A stretch of 62,922 nucleotides of DNA, the filler included, from Chrysochromulina tobinii (Eukaryota): NCBI GenBank assembly GCA_001275005.1. It is 8 parts of 8 records of this genome, joined end to end, with 100 filler letters (N's around TTAATTAATTAA, not from the genome) between each part and the next. Parts side by side here need not be neighbours in the genome. Positions count along the whole stretch, not along the records: positions 26,836 to 43,149 come from JWZX01000259.1; positions 43,250 to 49,162 come from JWZX01000260.1; 6 more parts are not named here. One strand, given 5' to 3'. Position numbers and translations under genes: made by a program. This document shows, piece by piece, positions 33,101 to 44,910 of the stretch. Under the pieces are notes generated by a model. It ran no database searches. It saw only the letters and a list, made by a program, of their open reading frames with translations, and was not told the DNA's origin. Within the stretch, counting starts at the first letter, position 1. Every line of letters begins with the position of its first letter.

Positions 33101-36100
33101 GCCGGAGCGGACGCCGGAGCGGACGCCGTGGTCGCTGCGAATACAGCCTGCACCGCCTCCGCTCGCCGTATTAGTTCGCTTGTAGATCGAGGCCCCGTTC
33201 CAGCGGCGAAGGCGTTACGGCCAGACGGAACAAGGGCCGCCGTCGGTGGCGCAACTGCTGGGCTGGAGGCAGCGGCCATGAAGGCTGCCATGCCCTTGGC
33301 AGTGCTTGCGTGGGCAAAGCCGCCCTGCAAACGCGGCCGAACCATGCCCTTGGACAGGAGCGGCGACTCATCCTCCTCATGTGGCTTGGGTGCAAAGCGC
33401 TCCTCGCCGCCCTCGTTCGAACCCATCGGCGGCGGTGCTCGCGGAGCTGTCACGCCAGGATTGGCCGGGCCGCCCCCGGAGAAGGTGGCACGTCGCTCGA
33501 AGAGCCTTGCGGAGGAGCGAGCGAATCGCGCTGTGCTGGAAGCGGCGGTACCCAACGGTGAGGTGCTCTCCGTGGCGGAGAGCGGCGCCGTGCTCGTGGT
33601 GGAACGAGTGCTAAACTGCGCAGTCCTCGACGAACGCACGCTACGGTCGCCTCGAACGCTACGGTTGCCTTGGCTGATCTTGTCCATGAGTTTCTCCTGC
33701 GCCTGACGCTTGACCTGCGCAATCTCCTCCTCCGAAAAGGGCGTCGAGTCGGCGCACAGGCCCTTCCACATCTTGATACCGCCCGCGAGGCGCGTGAGCA
33801 GGGGCAAACGGGTCGACATCCCAAAGCCACTGAGCTGGCCACGCCACTTGCGCCTCTTGAAAAAGTCGACCATGAGCGCGCCGAGTTTCTCGTCTACGAA
33901 GCGGCCGCCAGCTTTGAAAGGGCGCTCTTCATGCTGCACGTGCATGAGCGTCTTCGCGGCCGCGGCGGCCGTCGGGTCGGGAGCTTGGATGCCATGCTTG
34001 TCCGGAGCGCTTTTGCAAGAGATGAGCAGCGTCGGCTGAAAGACGCACAACAGATCCTCCATGGACTGCACCTGCGGCTCCACCGCCACCACGAAAGAGC
34101 ACAGGTGCGGGTGGTCGACAAGGGCGGCGAAGACACCTGCCGCCGCCTCAGCCGAGCACACCACCGCGTACGCAAACGTCTTGCCCAGGGCTGAGATGAC
34201 CTCCTCGAGAAATTCTGCGTTCACAACGGCTCCCCGATGCTTGCGGTACGTGGTGATGTTTCCAAAGCCGGGTAGCTCAATGGCCACCTGGTAAAAGTCG
34301 GTGGGCTCCTCCTGTGCACCCTGGGAGATCTCTGCGAGGAAGCGTCGTCGCTGTGCCGCGTTGGCGCTCGGGCCAACAAGCTCTGCCATGAGCTGATACA
34401 GCGCGACCAAACCCACGTCCGTGCCAGAGGCGGCTGAGCGAAGCAGCAACGATGGTCGGCCGCCGTCGGCGGTAGTGGCGTTGGAGGCAGCGGGAGCAGG
34501 AGCAGGAGCGGGGACGGTAGCGGGGGCGGGGGCGGGAGCGGGGGCGGGAGCCGCAGCGGGGGCCGGCAGCGGGGGCGGCAGCGGGGGCGGCAGTGGTGCG
34601 CGCGAGCAGACGCGAGTCGCCACCCGTGCCGGCAACCAGCTTCTCAAGTGCACGAGCGATCGTAGCGGACGCTTCGATTTCGGCCCTTCCAACAAGGGCC
34701 TCGGCTTGCAGAGGCTGCAGCAGGTTTTCGGGATCTTGACTCTTGGGGCGCTTCTTAGGGCTGCCGGGCACCACAGTGGGCGACCGGTGCAGAGGCACAC
34801 CATGAGCAGCGGCGATGGAAAGCGTCAGTTGCGTGTGGCCGACGTTGCCAATCGTCGTATAAGCGTCAAAGTTGCTCTCGATGTGCTTGTGCAACGCCGT
34901 CACCTCGCTCGCCGACATCTTCTCGCCGCCCTTCTCGGTCTGCAGCACCATCGGGCCCTGGCTCACGCGGGCATTGTTGCCAACCGTCTGCTTCTGCTGG
35001 GCTGTCAAGTATTGCACCCAGCCGCTGAGCTCCTTGTCGCGTCGCTCCGCGTACACAACGGGCGTCGCCTGAGTGCCGGGCGGCAGCACCGGCATCTCAG
35101 CAGGCAGCTGCACCACCACTCGCCGCTCGAAGCGGGGCGCACGCCCAACTCTGTGTCGGATCTCGAGCGGCGCCAGGCCAAGCTCTTCGGCCCAGTCGAC
35201 GCGCAGCACGACCACTTTCCCATTCGGCACGGGCTTGTAAAACGTGTAGCCCAGCCGCTCATCCTTGATGCGGCTGGGCTCATATAAGCAATCTACCGGC
35301 TTGCCTTCGTCTTTCTTTGTCTCGGGCGTCGTGTCGATGGTCACCCGATCGATGACCTTAGACGGCGACGGCTGCGTGCAGTCGGCACCTATGTGGCACA
35401 GGGTGTACTCTTGCGGCGCGTGTGGCCCTTTGCATCCCGCCTTCTTTTGGCCCAGCCCACGCAGCATGCCCAAGAAGATGATCGCCTTGCCACTACTGTC
35501 GACGATAGAGCCGTACTCGAGCACCACGCGAAACGACGAGCGACGCTGCCGCTCGAGATCCACGAGTTGCTGCAGACATGTGCTCACACTTGCAGGCAGC
35601 TTGCCCAGTCGCTCTAGGCGCTGCCGCATCACGTCATCATGCTCACGGTCGACGGGCGGTACGGACGTGGAGTTCGCAGCAACGCCCCCCCCCCATTCTT
35701 GCCCTCGCTCGCGATGGTGCCGGCGGTGGTCGAGGGGCTCTTGGCGAAGCCCGGCTGCACCGGCGCTGAGCAGACCGGACACTCCTGATGGTACAGGATC
35801 GAACGTTCCGTGCACAGCGCGCACAGCACGTGGCGGCAACGCTGCAACCTCCGCGGCTGAAGAAGGAGGTTGTTACATAGCGAGCACACAATCTGCGCGA
35901 GCTCTTTCTGCCGGCGCAGCAGCGCCGCCGACACCTTGGCGCGCAGCTTGAAGAAACGGTCGTCGTACCCCGACGATCCTTCATCCGCGTCATTGTCGTC
36001 CGCATCGTGAGCGAGCGAGCGCATGTGCAATGCGAACGCCGTCTTGTGGCGCGCCTCGGGAGAGGCGTTTTGGCGGTCTAAAGGCTTGCCGATAGTCCTT

Positions 36101-37665
36101 CTCTGTTGGCGGCGAGTTGCGTTCTGCAGGCGACTAGCCGCCACGCTGCTGCTGCTGCTCGTGGTGCGCGTGACCTCGTCGGCTGGCGTAGCTGCGATAG
36201 CCTCGGCCTCCTCTTTCGCAGCCTCCTTTGCAGCGCCCCTGCGCTCATCGAGCATACTCGCCGTGCTAGACTGCTTTGCCCGAGCCACGCACTCCACGCA
36301 CTTGTTCCACACGGCAGAGGGTCCCACATCGCTGCTGCCCGACACGGGGCCGCGCGAGCTCTGTCGATGGGAGGTGAGAACATCGACCGCCCGCCCTTGC
36401 TCGCGGGGCATCTTAAGCAGATGATCCACCGACAGCTCGGCCGGCGGCGGCGTCGAGGGCCGCGCATCCGCCTTGGCCCCGTGAAGATAGAGAATGAGCG
36501 GCATCGCCGCGTCGCCGCACGCGCGCGCAAAGACGTGGCCGCTGCGTGTCTCGATCACCTCGGAGCGCCGGTTGAGCACCTCATCCTCGTCGTTCTCATC
36601 ATTGATCATCTGCAACCATTCTTCATCCGATCGCGTCTTGGTAAAATCTTCCATCCTGGCGGTGGACTGGGCGAGCGTGCCCGGTGTATCGGCGACGTCG
36701 GTGCTCGATGCCTGCAGAGCGTACTCGAGAGTGTTGCGCGTCTCAATGGCGCTCTCCTCTGTGACATGCACGCACGCAAGCATCCCCGTGTACACGGCGC
36801 GAGGCGACGAGAAGACCGAGGCGATCAGCTTGGTGAGCGGGTAGTCGCGGTAGGGCACGTGCGATTGGCCCTCGGCCAGGGCAAGCACGATGCGCCCCAT
36901 GGCTAGCACGCCTCGGTTGAGCCAACGACTTGACTTGGCGGCCTCGAGGTCAAAATTCTCAGTACCCGCCAGGTCGACGACGTGTATGCTCGTCGTGGAC
37001 GGCTCACCCTGCAGCTCGCCGCTCACGTAGCGCTTGCGCTCCAGCGTGAGCGTCAGCATGCGATGGCAAGCGCCGCCGGCGGAAGCAAACGCACTCTGCG
37101 CCATCGCGCGCTCGACTAAGAGGCAAAACGTGCGACCCGAGTACACTCGTTCTCGCTTGACTCCCACCATCTGCAGCGTGCCCGTCACTTTGACGTAGCT
37201 CGGCTCGCCCTGCGCATTGTATGCGGCGAGCATGTCCACGAGGTGCTGGCCCTGCGCCTCGATGAGCGTCGCGCTCACGGTGAACTTGTCAGTGCCGGCC
37301 TTTTCGAGTGCGGTCGTGTGCCGAAAGAGCTCGTTGACCATCTGGGGTACGACGCCGTCGAGGCGCGCCACGTCTAATCCACCTTCGGCACCGTACAGCG
37401 TGTACGTCTTGCCCGATCCAACCTGACCGTAGGCAAACAGCAGCGAGTCGTTGCCTTCAAAGGCTTCTCGCAACATCGGCGCACCACACTGCGCATATGC
37501 GTCCGCCTGTGAGCTACTGGGCCCGAGCACGGCGGCGAACTCATGCGAGACGGCGTGTGGCAGCCGGACGGCCAGCTTCGTGCTGACGCGCTCGTCGCAC
37601 GTCACCTGGACGGATCGGCCGGGTTCTGGCGGTCGCACGCGCACGGCGACTCTCAGCCGCACCAT
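30103..37665 (-). CDS. Giant mosaic: kinesin motor + split alpha/beta-hydrolase fold + RING finger + YEATS-like beta domain + long disordered tail; two apparent frameshifts (35685-35694, about 34563)
   Basis: Kinesin: RVAVRVRP, FAYGQVGSGKTYT, VVDLAGTE, HVPYRD..LTKL, ETRNTLEYA. RING: CSLC..CRHVLCALC..CPVC. Hydrolase halves PLILYLHG and FYQVAIELPGFG..LEEVISALG..PTLLI. The three ORFs join at a C10 homopolymer and at an extra C in a gcgggggcggca repeat. Confidence 0.7.
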
Positions 37666-38310
37666 GAGCGATGCAGACGCCACCAGCCGCTCGGCTGGAT
37701 GGCGCTAGGCTCGGGCAGGCACCGCCGACGCGCAGCGGACTGCCGCGGGCAGTGATGGACTGCAGCGTGAGCTTTCCAAAAGGCCCTCTCGCTCGCGAAC
37801 TGATTGCCTAATCCATCAAATTCCGCGACGCCAAAGCGACTTACCGTACAACCCGGTATCCTGCCGGTTGAAGACGATCCGGGAGTACGGTACAACACGG
37901 TTCCAACTCGTAATTATAATCATGTAAAATGTAGTCGAGTCGTCGGTACATCCACGCCAATCCGGTCGTACAATGGGATACTGCACACCAAAGGCCAATC
38001 CCATTCAATCCGCCGTACTCCGTGAATCTTGATCTTGAATCCTGATTCCGGAATGGCGAATGTCACATCACTGCTATATGCGGAAATTGGTAAACATGAA
38101 GACTTGAAACTTTCTGAGTGCACCGATGTTGTACATGCACACACGCCGCGACCTTATTGTACTTTGTACATGCAAATGCGTATGTCCCGCGCTGGTACCC
38201 CCGCGCTCCCTCTTCGCGACTTCAACGAATTTTGAAGGCACGAAGTGTCGATGCCACAGGCCACAGGCGACAGGGGCGCCGGTTTGAAGGCCGTTACTTT
38301 GGCATCTCTC

Positions 38311-39530
38311 TCATGGATGGTTTTGCCCATGGTACGCAAGGTGCTTGGGGTGCTTCCAGCGCCTCGAGTGGTAGCCCGGCTCGATCTTCGCGCAGTCGTC
38401 GATGCCGCCGCAGTCGAGAGGCTCGAAGCCGACCATCGTCAGAAGTCGGATCATGACCGACTTCGCCAAGTCGTCGCCTGCGACTTCCACGGGCTGCAGC
38501 CGCCGATAGCGCAGCGAGGACGCGTCCAGATTGGCGAGGCACTTGCACCAAGAGGCGCTCGCGTCGCCCAACCTCGCCTTTGCGTACGGCGTCGTACCTA
38601 ATCAGGGAGGCAATCATGGGTCATCAGATGCAATCAAGTCTTCGGGTGTCGTCAGTCAGCTCGGAGGCGTATTACTGTACGGAGCGCTCCCTCCATTTGG
38701 CCGCTGATCGTCGCTGTAGTAGCGCGTGTATGCGGCGCAAAGATCAATGAATATCTTTCCTTTTCCGTACAAGCGACTTCGATGGGCGTCAATGAACTCA
38801 TCGAGCGGCGCGAGCGGGTGTATGCAGAGGATGATCACGTTGGCCCCCGTGCACATATGCGCCACGGACGTGCCCACACAGCCGTTGCCCACGCGCCGTG
38901 CTAGGCTCTCCCCACGATCTAGGTCGCGGCTGCCGATGATGACTGACAATCCAAGCGATGCCCAAAGCTCTGCGTTGGAGCTCGCCATGTCGCCCGTTCC
39001 GACGATGCCGATCACGAGAGGGCTGTCTGCGCTGGTGACGGGCGTAGCCGCTGCGATCGAACCCGCGGGAGTATCAGACGGACCTTTGACGATGCTCCGA
39101 ACCTGGTTCCTCGCCGTCACGAAGTCACCCAAGTTGCTAAAGGCGCCCCACGCCTGATCCAAAATAGAACCTGCGCGGACGAGAGCTCGCATGCACACGC
39201 TCGCATGTCAGCCACAGAGCGAGGCACCGTCGCAGGTGGCGTGAGTCCAAAATTGGACGCGCAGCTGCCTCTGCGGCACTCACCTACTCCATCGCTGCTT
39301 GCTCCTTTGAGGCGTGTCTTGATCACCTTCGTGAACTCTGCGAAGTCCATGTCGCCATTTCCGTTCGTGTCCGCCTCGCTCATCATCGCTGCGAGCTGCT
39401 GACTCGTAAAGGTCAGGCCCGTGCTCGCCGTCATCGATGCCATCTCCGAGGTGCTTACCGCGCCCGAACCGTCCACGTCGGCTATGTCGAAGACGGAGCG
39501 CAGCTTTGCCTGAAACTCGTTGTCGCTCAT
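38311..39530 (-). CDS. Two EF-hands fused to an NADP-dependent oxidoreductase (F420-dependent NADP reductase/STEAP N-terminal-like); introns 39171-39283 and 38598-38675
   Basis: EF loops DVDGSGAVSTSE and DTNGNGDMDFAE; Rossmann IGIVGTGDMA, IIGSRD, KGKIFID, VAGDDLAK..GFEPLDCG..IEP. Both GT-AG introns keep the frame. Confidence 0.8.
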
Positions 39531-40185
39531 GTTAGACTTCGACCGTGCACGATCGTAAGGGTGGGGCAAAGAAGTACTGCGTCGACTGCGGACGTAAAGC
39601 GAAATGGCTGTCTAGTCGCCGTTTTGGCAAACAACACCACATCAGATGGGCCGGTCGCACGCCGGACCCAGGGCGCTCCAAAAGAGGTTCGCCAAGACAA
39701 CGCGTATTGTACCGGTAACTCTCAGTGCAGCTCATCCGCCCGACCCTGCAGGACTTGTAGAAAATACACCACCTCATCCACAACGCATCGTACGTCCGGT
39801 CCCTTTTTTACAGGTCGGTTTTTTGGATGTACAGTCAACAGTAACGGGAATCGGGAAACGGGAAGAGGCAAGAGCGAAGAGCCTGCTGCCAGCCTCCACA
39901 CCGTCCACCCCGCCCCACCCGCTCCCATTCGCACACCCATTATTCGCTCGGCTCACCGCACGTATGCATCAACGTCACACACGACAAGGTGGGGAGCGCT
40001 CTGGGGGACAGCACAGCGGTCGCATAGTCATTGCGGGGACCATACCTGGAGACCTCGAGAGACGCAGCGTGAGTCTCAGAGTTCTGCCAAGCTCCGTACA
40101 GGTTCCAAACTTCGAATGCACCACTCTTCCACTCGCGCCGACCGCCCCGCTCGCCTCGTCCGCTCAGACGGTCGCCTCGTGCCAC

Positions 40186-42168
40186 TCAGACGGCGACCTC
40201 ACGCGTGCGCACCCTCGCGCAACGCGCCATCTCGAGCGCCTTGGCATGCGCGTAATGCTCCATCGTCACTGCTGGCGCGAGGGCGGACGCCGCCACCAGC
40301 CGCGTGAGGGTGAGCAGCCTCGCAAAATCGTCCGCATTCACACTCGGATCCGCTTGGCGTGCGGTCACAAACTCGTCCTGAGCGAGCTGCGAGAGCTCGG
40401 GGCCGATGGCACTGAGACGGTGCTGCAGCCGGCTGGCGAGGCCTAGGTAGCGGCGCGCGGCCGTACGCGCCTCGGCCGGCGCGAGGGCGGCCGCCGACGG
40501 CGTCACCGGCGCGACGCGCAGTGGCAGCTGGCAGCCGATCGCGAGCATCGACTTGGAGGTGGAGAGGGAGATGATCGAGACGTCGACGCCAAAGTCGACC
40601 GCGAAGAAGGTGAAGTCGTACGGCACCTTCTGCGCGTCGAGGAGCAGCGTCAGCGCACGCACGTTCGCGACGCCACGCTCGCTCAGAGCGCCGGGCCCGA
40701 GGCTCGCCTCATCGAGCAGCAGCAGCGCGCCAGCCGGCAGCTGGAGTGGTGCAGGCCAGATGCAGTTCGCCTCGTGATCCTTCGAAGGGGCGAGGGCGCG
40801 CGCGTTGAGCGCGCTTACGGAGAGGCTCGTGCTCGCGCACACGGGCAGCAGCTCGGTCAGGCCAGAGAGTAGGCTCGCCGCCACCGCCGAGCGTGCTTCG
40901 GCGCGCGGGGCGGCGGGGGCTGCGGAAGGGCATCCGGTGATGTTCAAATGGAGCTTGCCGATCGGAGCCTCGCCATGCCGCTGCATGATGCGCGAGAGCG
41001 AGGCGAGCAGCACGTACTCGGCCGCGAGCGCGTCGCCGCCTAGGCACGCACCCAGGGCGTCGAGCACCGCCTGCCGCAGCGACGGCAGCTGCTCGCGAGC
41101 GGTCGCGATCGCTTCAGCCTCCGCGGCAGAGGTTGCCGGCGGCAGCCAGGCCGCGTGGACGTCGTCGAAGCGCCGGGTGGCGATCGTGTGCACGCGCGGC
41201 TGCGCCGAGGGCGGCGGCCGCTGCTGCCGCTCCGCCGCCACCTCGCGCGCGAGAGGGTGCACGCTCATGCAGACCTCATCGTCGACGTCAAAACTACCCC
41301 CCGCGCCCACGTCGTACCCACCCTCGGGCGCGCGCTCGAGCACGCCGATGACCTCGATGAGCTCGTGGACCTTGAACGCACCCTCGCCTTCCTCCACGCC
41401 GCCGTAGACCTTGAGCAGCACCCCACGCGCCGATGCGCGCGCCCAAGCTTTCTCGTCGCTCCCCGGATTGTCACCGTCGGTGTCGCCATGCTCACAGCTC
41501 TCGCAGCTCTCGCCGCCCGTAGGCTGGCCGGAGGCGAGGGCGCGCGTGCGCTTGCTGTGCGCGTCCTCGCCCTCGGCAACGAGCGCCGCCTCTTCCTCCA
41601 TCGGCTCCGCGCCCAGTCCTGGGCCGCCCGCCTCCTCCGCTGCCGAGCGCTTGCCGCGCGCGCCGGAGCGTGTGGCCGCGCTGCCCGAGGATGGGGCAGC
41701 AGCCTTGGGCTGCGCCGGGCCCGCAAGCGCCGAATCGACCCACGGCGAGCGCGAAGGGATGGGCACGCACACCACGGGCGCGCGCTGCCAGACGATGTCC
41801 TGACGAGCGCGCACGGAAGCCACATGCGCACCCATCCCAACATCGTCGAGGCAGCCTTGGTACATGCTGGTGCGCAGGTGGACAGAACCGTCGTGGTGGA
41901 CCTCCTCGTACACGCCGTCGTAGTACTCAGGGTCGTGTACGTCCTGTACCATGCCAATAAATCGCACGATCGCGCCGTCGGGCAGCGCGTCCGCGGTAGT
42001 GGAATTCAGCGACGGCACCGCCTCAAGAGCGCCGGGAGTTGCGAGGAGCTCCTGCAGCCAAGCACTGAGGCTGATGCCGTCGCCCGTAAGGAGTGCCGAC
42101 GGGTTGGCCGCGTGAGCGCGTGCGAAATCTTGCTGCAGGCGCTCGACGGGCAGGCGGAGGGTCGTCAT
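40186..42168 (-). CDS. MCMBP: Mini-chromosome maintenance complex-binding protein
   Basis: VPSLN..IVRFIGMVQDVHDPEYY, CVPIP, FKVHELIEVIGVL, LGGDALAAEYVLL, PSKDHEAN..LQLP..LLLDEASL, QKVPYDFTFF, QDEFVTARQ. Confidence 0.9.
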   Translation of the reverse strand: MTTLRLPVERLQQDFARAHAANPSALLTGDGISLSAWLQELLATPGALEAVPSLNSTTADALPDGAIVRFIGMVQDVHDPEYYDGVYEEVHHDGSVHLRTSMYQGCLDDVGMGAHVASVRARQDIVWQRAPVVCVPIPSRSPWVDSALAGPAQPKAAAPSSGSAATRSGARGKRSAAEEAGGPGLGAEPMEEEAALVAEGEDAHSKRTRALASGQPTGGESCESCEHGDTDGDNPGSDEKAWARASARGVLLKVYGGVEEGEGAFKVHELIEVIGVLERAPEGGYDVGAGGSFDVDDEVCMSVHPLAREVAAERQQRPPPSAQPRVHTIATRRFDDVHAAWLPPATSAAEAEAIATAREQLPSLRQAVLDALGACLGGDALAAEYVLLASLSRIMQRHGEAPIGKLHLNITGCPSAAPAAPRAEARSAVAASLLSGLTELLPVCASTSLSVSALNARALAPSKDHEANCIWPAPLQLPAGALLLLDEASLGPGALSERGVANVRALTLLLDAQKVPYDFTFFAVDFGVDVSIISLSTSKSMLAIGCQLPLRVAPVTPSAAALAPAEARTAARRYLGLASRLQHRLSAIGPELSQLAQDEFVTARQADPSVNADDFARLLTLTRLVAASALAPAVTMEHYAHAKALEMARCARVRTREVAV

Positions 42169-42453
42169 CGGAGGGCGGCGCTCGACGACCTTGCACAAAA
42201 TGGCGCGGCGCGCGCATTGGCGCCAAAAAGGGTTACATTGCGTCGGACCGCTCAAGGCAAAACCTCCAAGCACCAAAAAACCTCTCTCCAAAATCCCTCT
42301 CACCAATTGCGCTCCCACACTGCACCGCTCCGCCACGTATAGGTTCCCAGTGAGAGCCTCGCACGCGAGCTGAGGCCGGAAGGCTGGGGGGGAAGGGTGG
42401 CACTCCGGAGGGGTGGCACTCTCCTCTCTCTCCTCAGTGGGCGTCCGACGGGA

Positions 42454-43149
42454 TCAGTCCATTTCGTCCAGGGTGGATTCGACCGATGCCGTGGCGGGCA
42501 CCCGTGGCGTCGTGGTGGGCATATGAGGCGTCGAGGGCCATGGCTGAGAGGGCACCGCCTCCACAGTCACCTGCTGCCGCGCCTCCGGAACAGGTGGCAA
42601 CTGCACAAGCTGTGCCGGAGTGGCCGCCGCACCGCTGCCGCTGCTCGGGGTGGAGGCCTGCGCAGCATGGGGCGCCGTCTCGCCCATACGTCGCATGCCG
42701 CCGCCGCCGCCGGAGCCGGGCACTTGCATGCGCCTCGAGGCATGCATGCGGCTACGCCCCAGGCTCGGGGAGACCAAATTAGGGTTGGGGCCGTCCACAG
42801 AGCTCGCAGGCTGTACTGCGGCTTGCGCTGCGGCTTGCTCTGCAGCTTGCGCTGCAGCTTGCGCTGCGGCTTGCGCTGCAGCTTGCGCCGTGGCTTGTGC
42901 TGCACGCTGCTGCTGCTGCTGCTGCAACATCTGCTGCTGCTGCAACATCTGCTGCTGCAACATCTGCTGCTGCAACATCTGCTGCTGCTGCTGCGGGTTT
43001 GATTTCGGAGAGCCCGCCGCCGCTGCCCCGGCGCCGACTGTAGCGGTTGGCTTGCTTGGCAGCGGCCGCCCCCCCAGTAACGACTGCAAGAGATCGTCGA
43101 CGGATTCCTCTTGCTTCGCCGCGCCGCCGCCGCCGCCGCCGCCGCCGCC
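42454..43149 (-). CDS. Gln/Ala-rich C-terminal fragment of an unknown gene (5'-partial)
   Basis: QQQML repeats; ORF open to the contig edge. Confidence 0.45.
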   Translation of the reverse strand, partial: GGGGGGGGGAAKQEESVDDLLQSLLGGRPLPSKPTATVGAGAAAAGSPKSNPQQQQQMLQQQMLQQQMLQQQQMLQQQQQQRAAQATAQAAAQAAAQAAAQAAEQAAAQAAVQPASSVDGPNPNLVSPSLGRSRMHASRRMQVPGSGGGGGMRRMGETAPHAAQASTPSSGSGAAATPAQLVQLPPVPEARQQVTVEAVPSQPWPSTPHMPTTTPRVPATASVESTLDEMD

Positions 43150-43249
43150 NNNNNNNNNNNNNNNNNNNNNNNNNNNNNNNNNNNNNNNNNNNNTTAATTA
43201 ATTAANNNNNNNNNNNNNNNNNNNNNNNNNNNNNNNNNNNNNNNNNNNN
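43150..43249. other. Artificial contig spacer
   Basis: N44-TTAATTAATTAA-N44. Confidence 0.97.
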
Positions 43250-44416
43250 TCTGGCGTGTCTCGAGCTGCAGCGCGGCCTGCACATCACACGCGCGCTGCA
43301 GCCGCTCCGCCTCCGTCTGCCACGCGTGCTCGCGCGCGCTCGCCTCACGCTGGAACGCGCCGAAGGTAGCCACGGCCTCGTGCCACGCGCGCTCCGCCAC
43401 GCCCAGCTCGCGCACGAGCACCAGGCCCGCCACACGCAGCTGTTCGAGCTCCATGTGCAATCGGCTCGACTCCGATTGCAAGCGCTCCAGCTCACGCGCA
43501 GCTCCCACGGCCGCCGCCTCGGCCATCTCGCGGCAATCTGCGAGCGAGCTCGCAATCTCGTCGCGCTGCCGGCGCGCCGTCCTGAGCTCTTCCTGCAGCC
43601 CGTCAGGCCCTCGGGCGAGCGCAGAGAGTTCGCGCTGCGCGTCAGCGTACGCGCGCTCCTGCTCGGCGAGCCTGCGCTCGAGCTTCGAGATCGTCTCGCC
43701 CGTCGCATCCAGCAGGCGTCGGAGCTGCTCGGCGATGGACGCCTCGGAGCTCGAGCTGGCAGATGACACCACCTTGGTGCCGCTTGCCTTGGCATTGGTG
43801 CCGCTTGCCTTGGTGGCGTCGTGCAGCAGCGCACCCGCGGCCTGCAAGTCGGCCTGCGCCCTGGCGAGCTCGGCGGCCGCCGCCTTGGCCTTGGCATCCG
43901 TGGCGCGATACTGCGTGATGAACCGTTGCACATCGCCCTCGGCAAGCGACAACTTTGTCAGCAGCTGCTGTACCTTTGCTCGTTCGGCCTCCAATTCCGA
44001 ATTCATCTTCTCGAGCGCCTCGTTGCCTCCAGCTTGCACGGACTGCACCGTCTCCACCAGATGCCTGCTGTGCGACGACTCAAGCGTCGTCAATTTTTCT
44101 TTGAGGGTCATCTGGCTGGCCTTTCGAGAGTGCGAGAGCTTGATCTCGAAGAACTGCGCCTGCGTCTTGAGCTGCTCGCGATGAGCCTCCGCGACCTTAC
44201 CAAAGAGCTCGTCCGCCGCCTGCAAGAGTGCTCGAGAGAACGTCTCCGCCATCCGCGTCGCCGTCTTATCCACCGCGTACTCTTCGAGCGCGCTCTCCAG
44301 CAGCGCCTTGCACCGCGCCTCGAGCTGCATGCTCGGCGCATCCGGCGGCGGTGACTCAGCCATGGCCGCCTGCTCCTTGCGTCTCCTTCCTAATGGCGAC
44401 ATGGACGAAGGCGACG

Positions 44417-44451
<35 letters not shown>

Positions 44452-44489
44452 GACGGCGCCAGCTCCTTGCGACTCATCCCAGGCGACAC
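43250..44489 (-). CDS. Coiled-coil protein, 3'-partial
   Basis: ORF of about 410 aa, heptad-rich; start uncertain. Confidence 0.6.
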
Positions 44490-44658
44490 GGACTGCCGCA
44501 GGCAGCTGGACTCAGGCCAGATGGGGCGTGAGATGGAATGGCGAAGTGAACGGACCCTCGCGAGAACTCCCTCGTCACGTCAAGACTTGATGAGAGACCC
44601 TCGTGAATTCACACCTCGGAGCTCCTCAGAGCACCTCACTAGAGTACATTCGACACAC

Positions 44659-44823
44659 GCCGACGCCCAGCGCCGCGGTCACCCGGTGGCCCTACTGGTT
44701 ACCGAGACCACGGGCGCGCTCTCCTCCATTTTGACCGCGCGCTGCGAGCACTCAGTAAGCACGCACGCGCGCCGACCACCCATGATTCCACCCGGCTTGG
44801 CCTCTCGCGGTCCTCCCCCCAAA
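44659..44823 (+). mobile_element. Decayed fragment resembling the C-terminal (restriction-like endonuclease) region of a non-LTR retrotransposon
   Basis: ADAQRRGHPVALLVTETTGALS then, after a frameshift, HFDRALRALSKHARAPTTHDSTRLGLSRSSP; the ET-x-G-AL...L-x-x-L pattern is recalled from RLE-type elements. Confidence 0.45.
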
Positions 44824-44824
44824 C

Positions 44825-44910
44825 CTGCTGCTGCTGCTGCTGCTGTTCAACACAACGCGCGCACACACTCCGGACCCCCAAGCACGAGGGCCACGGTCGC
44901 TATGGACGGA
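44825..44910 (-). mobile_element. Dispersed repeat copy ending in an (AGC)n tail
   Basis: Homologous to 29796-29870; minus strand ends gcgcgttgtgttgaac-agcagcagcagc... Confidence 0.6.

Noticed and set aside
42620..43149. Cys-rich metallothionein-like ORF on the plus strand
   Set aside because: It is the antisense reading of a CAG/poly-Gln tract.
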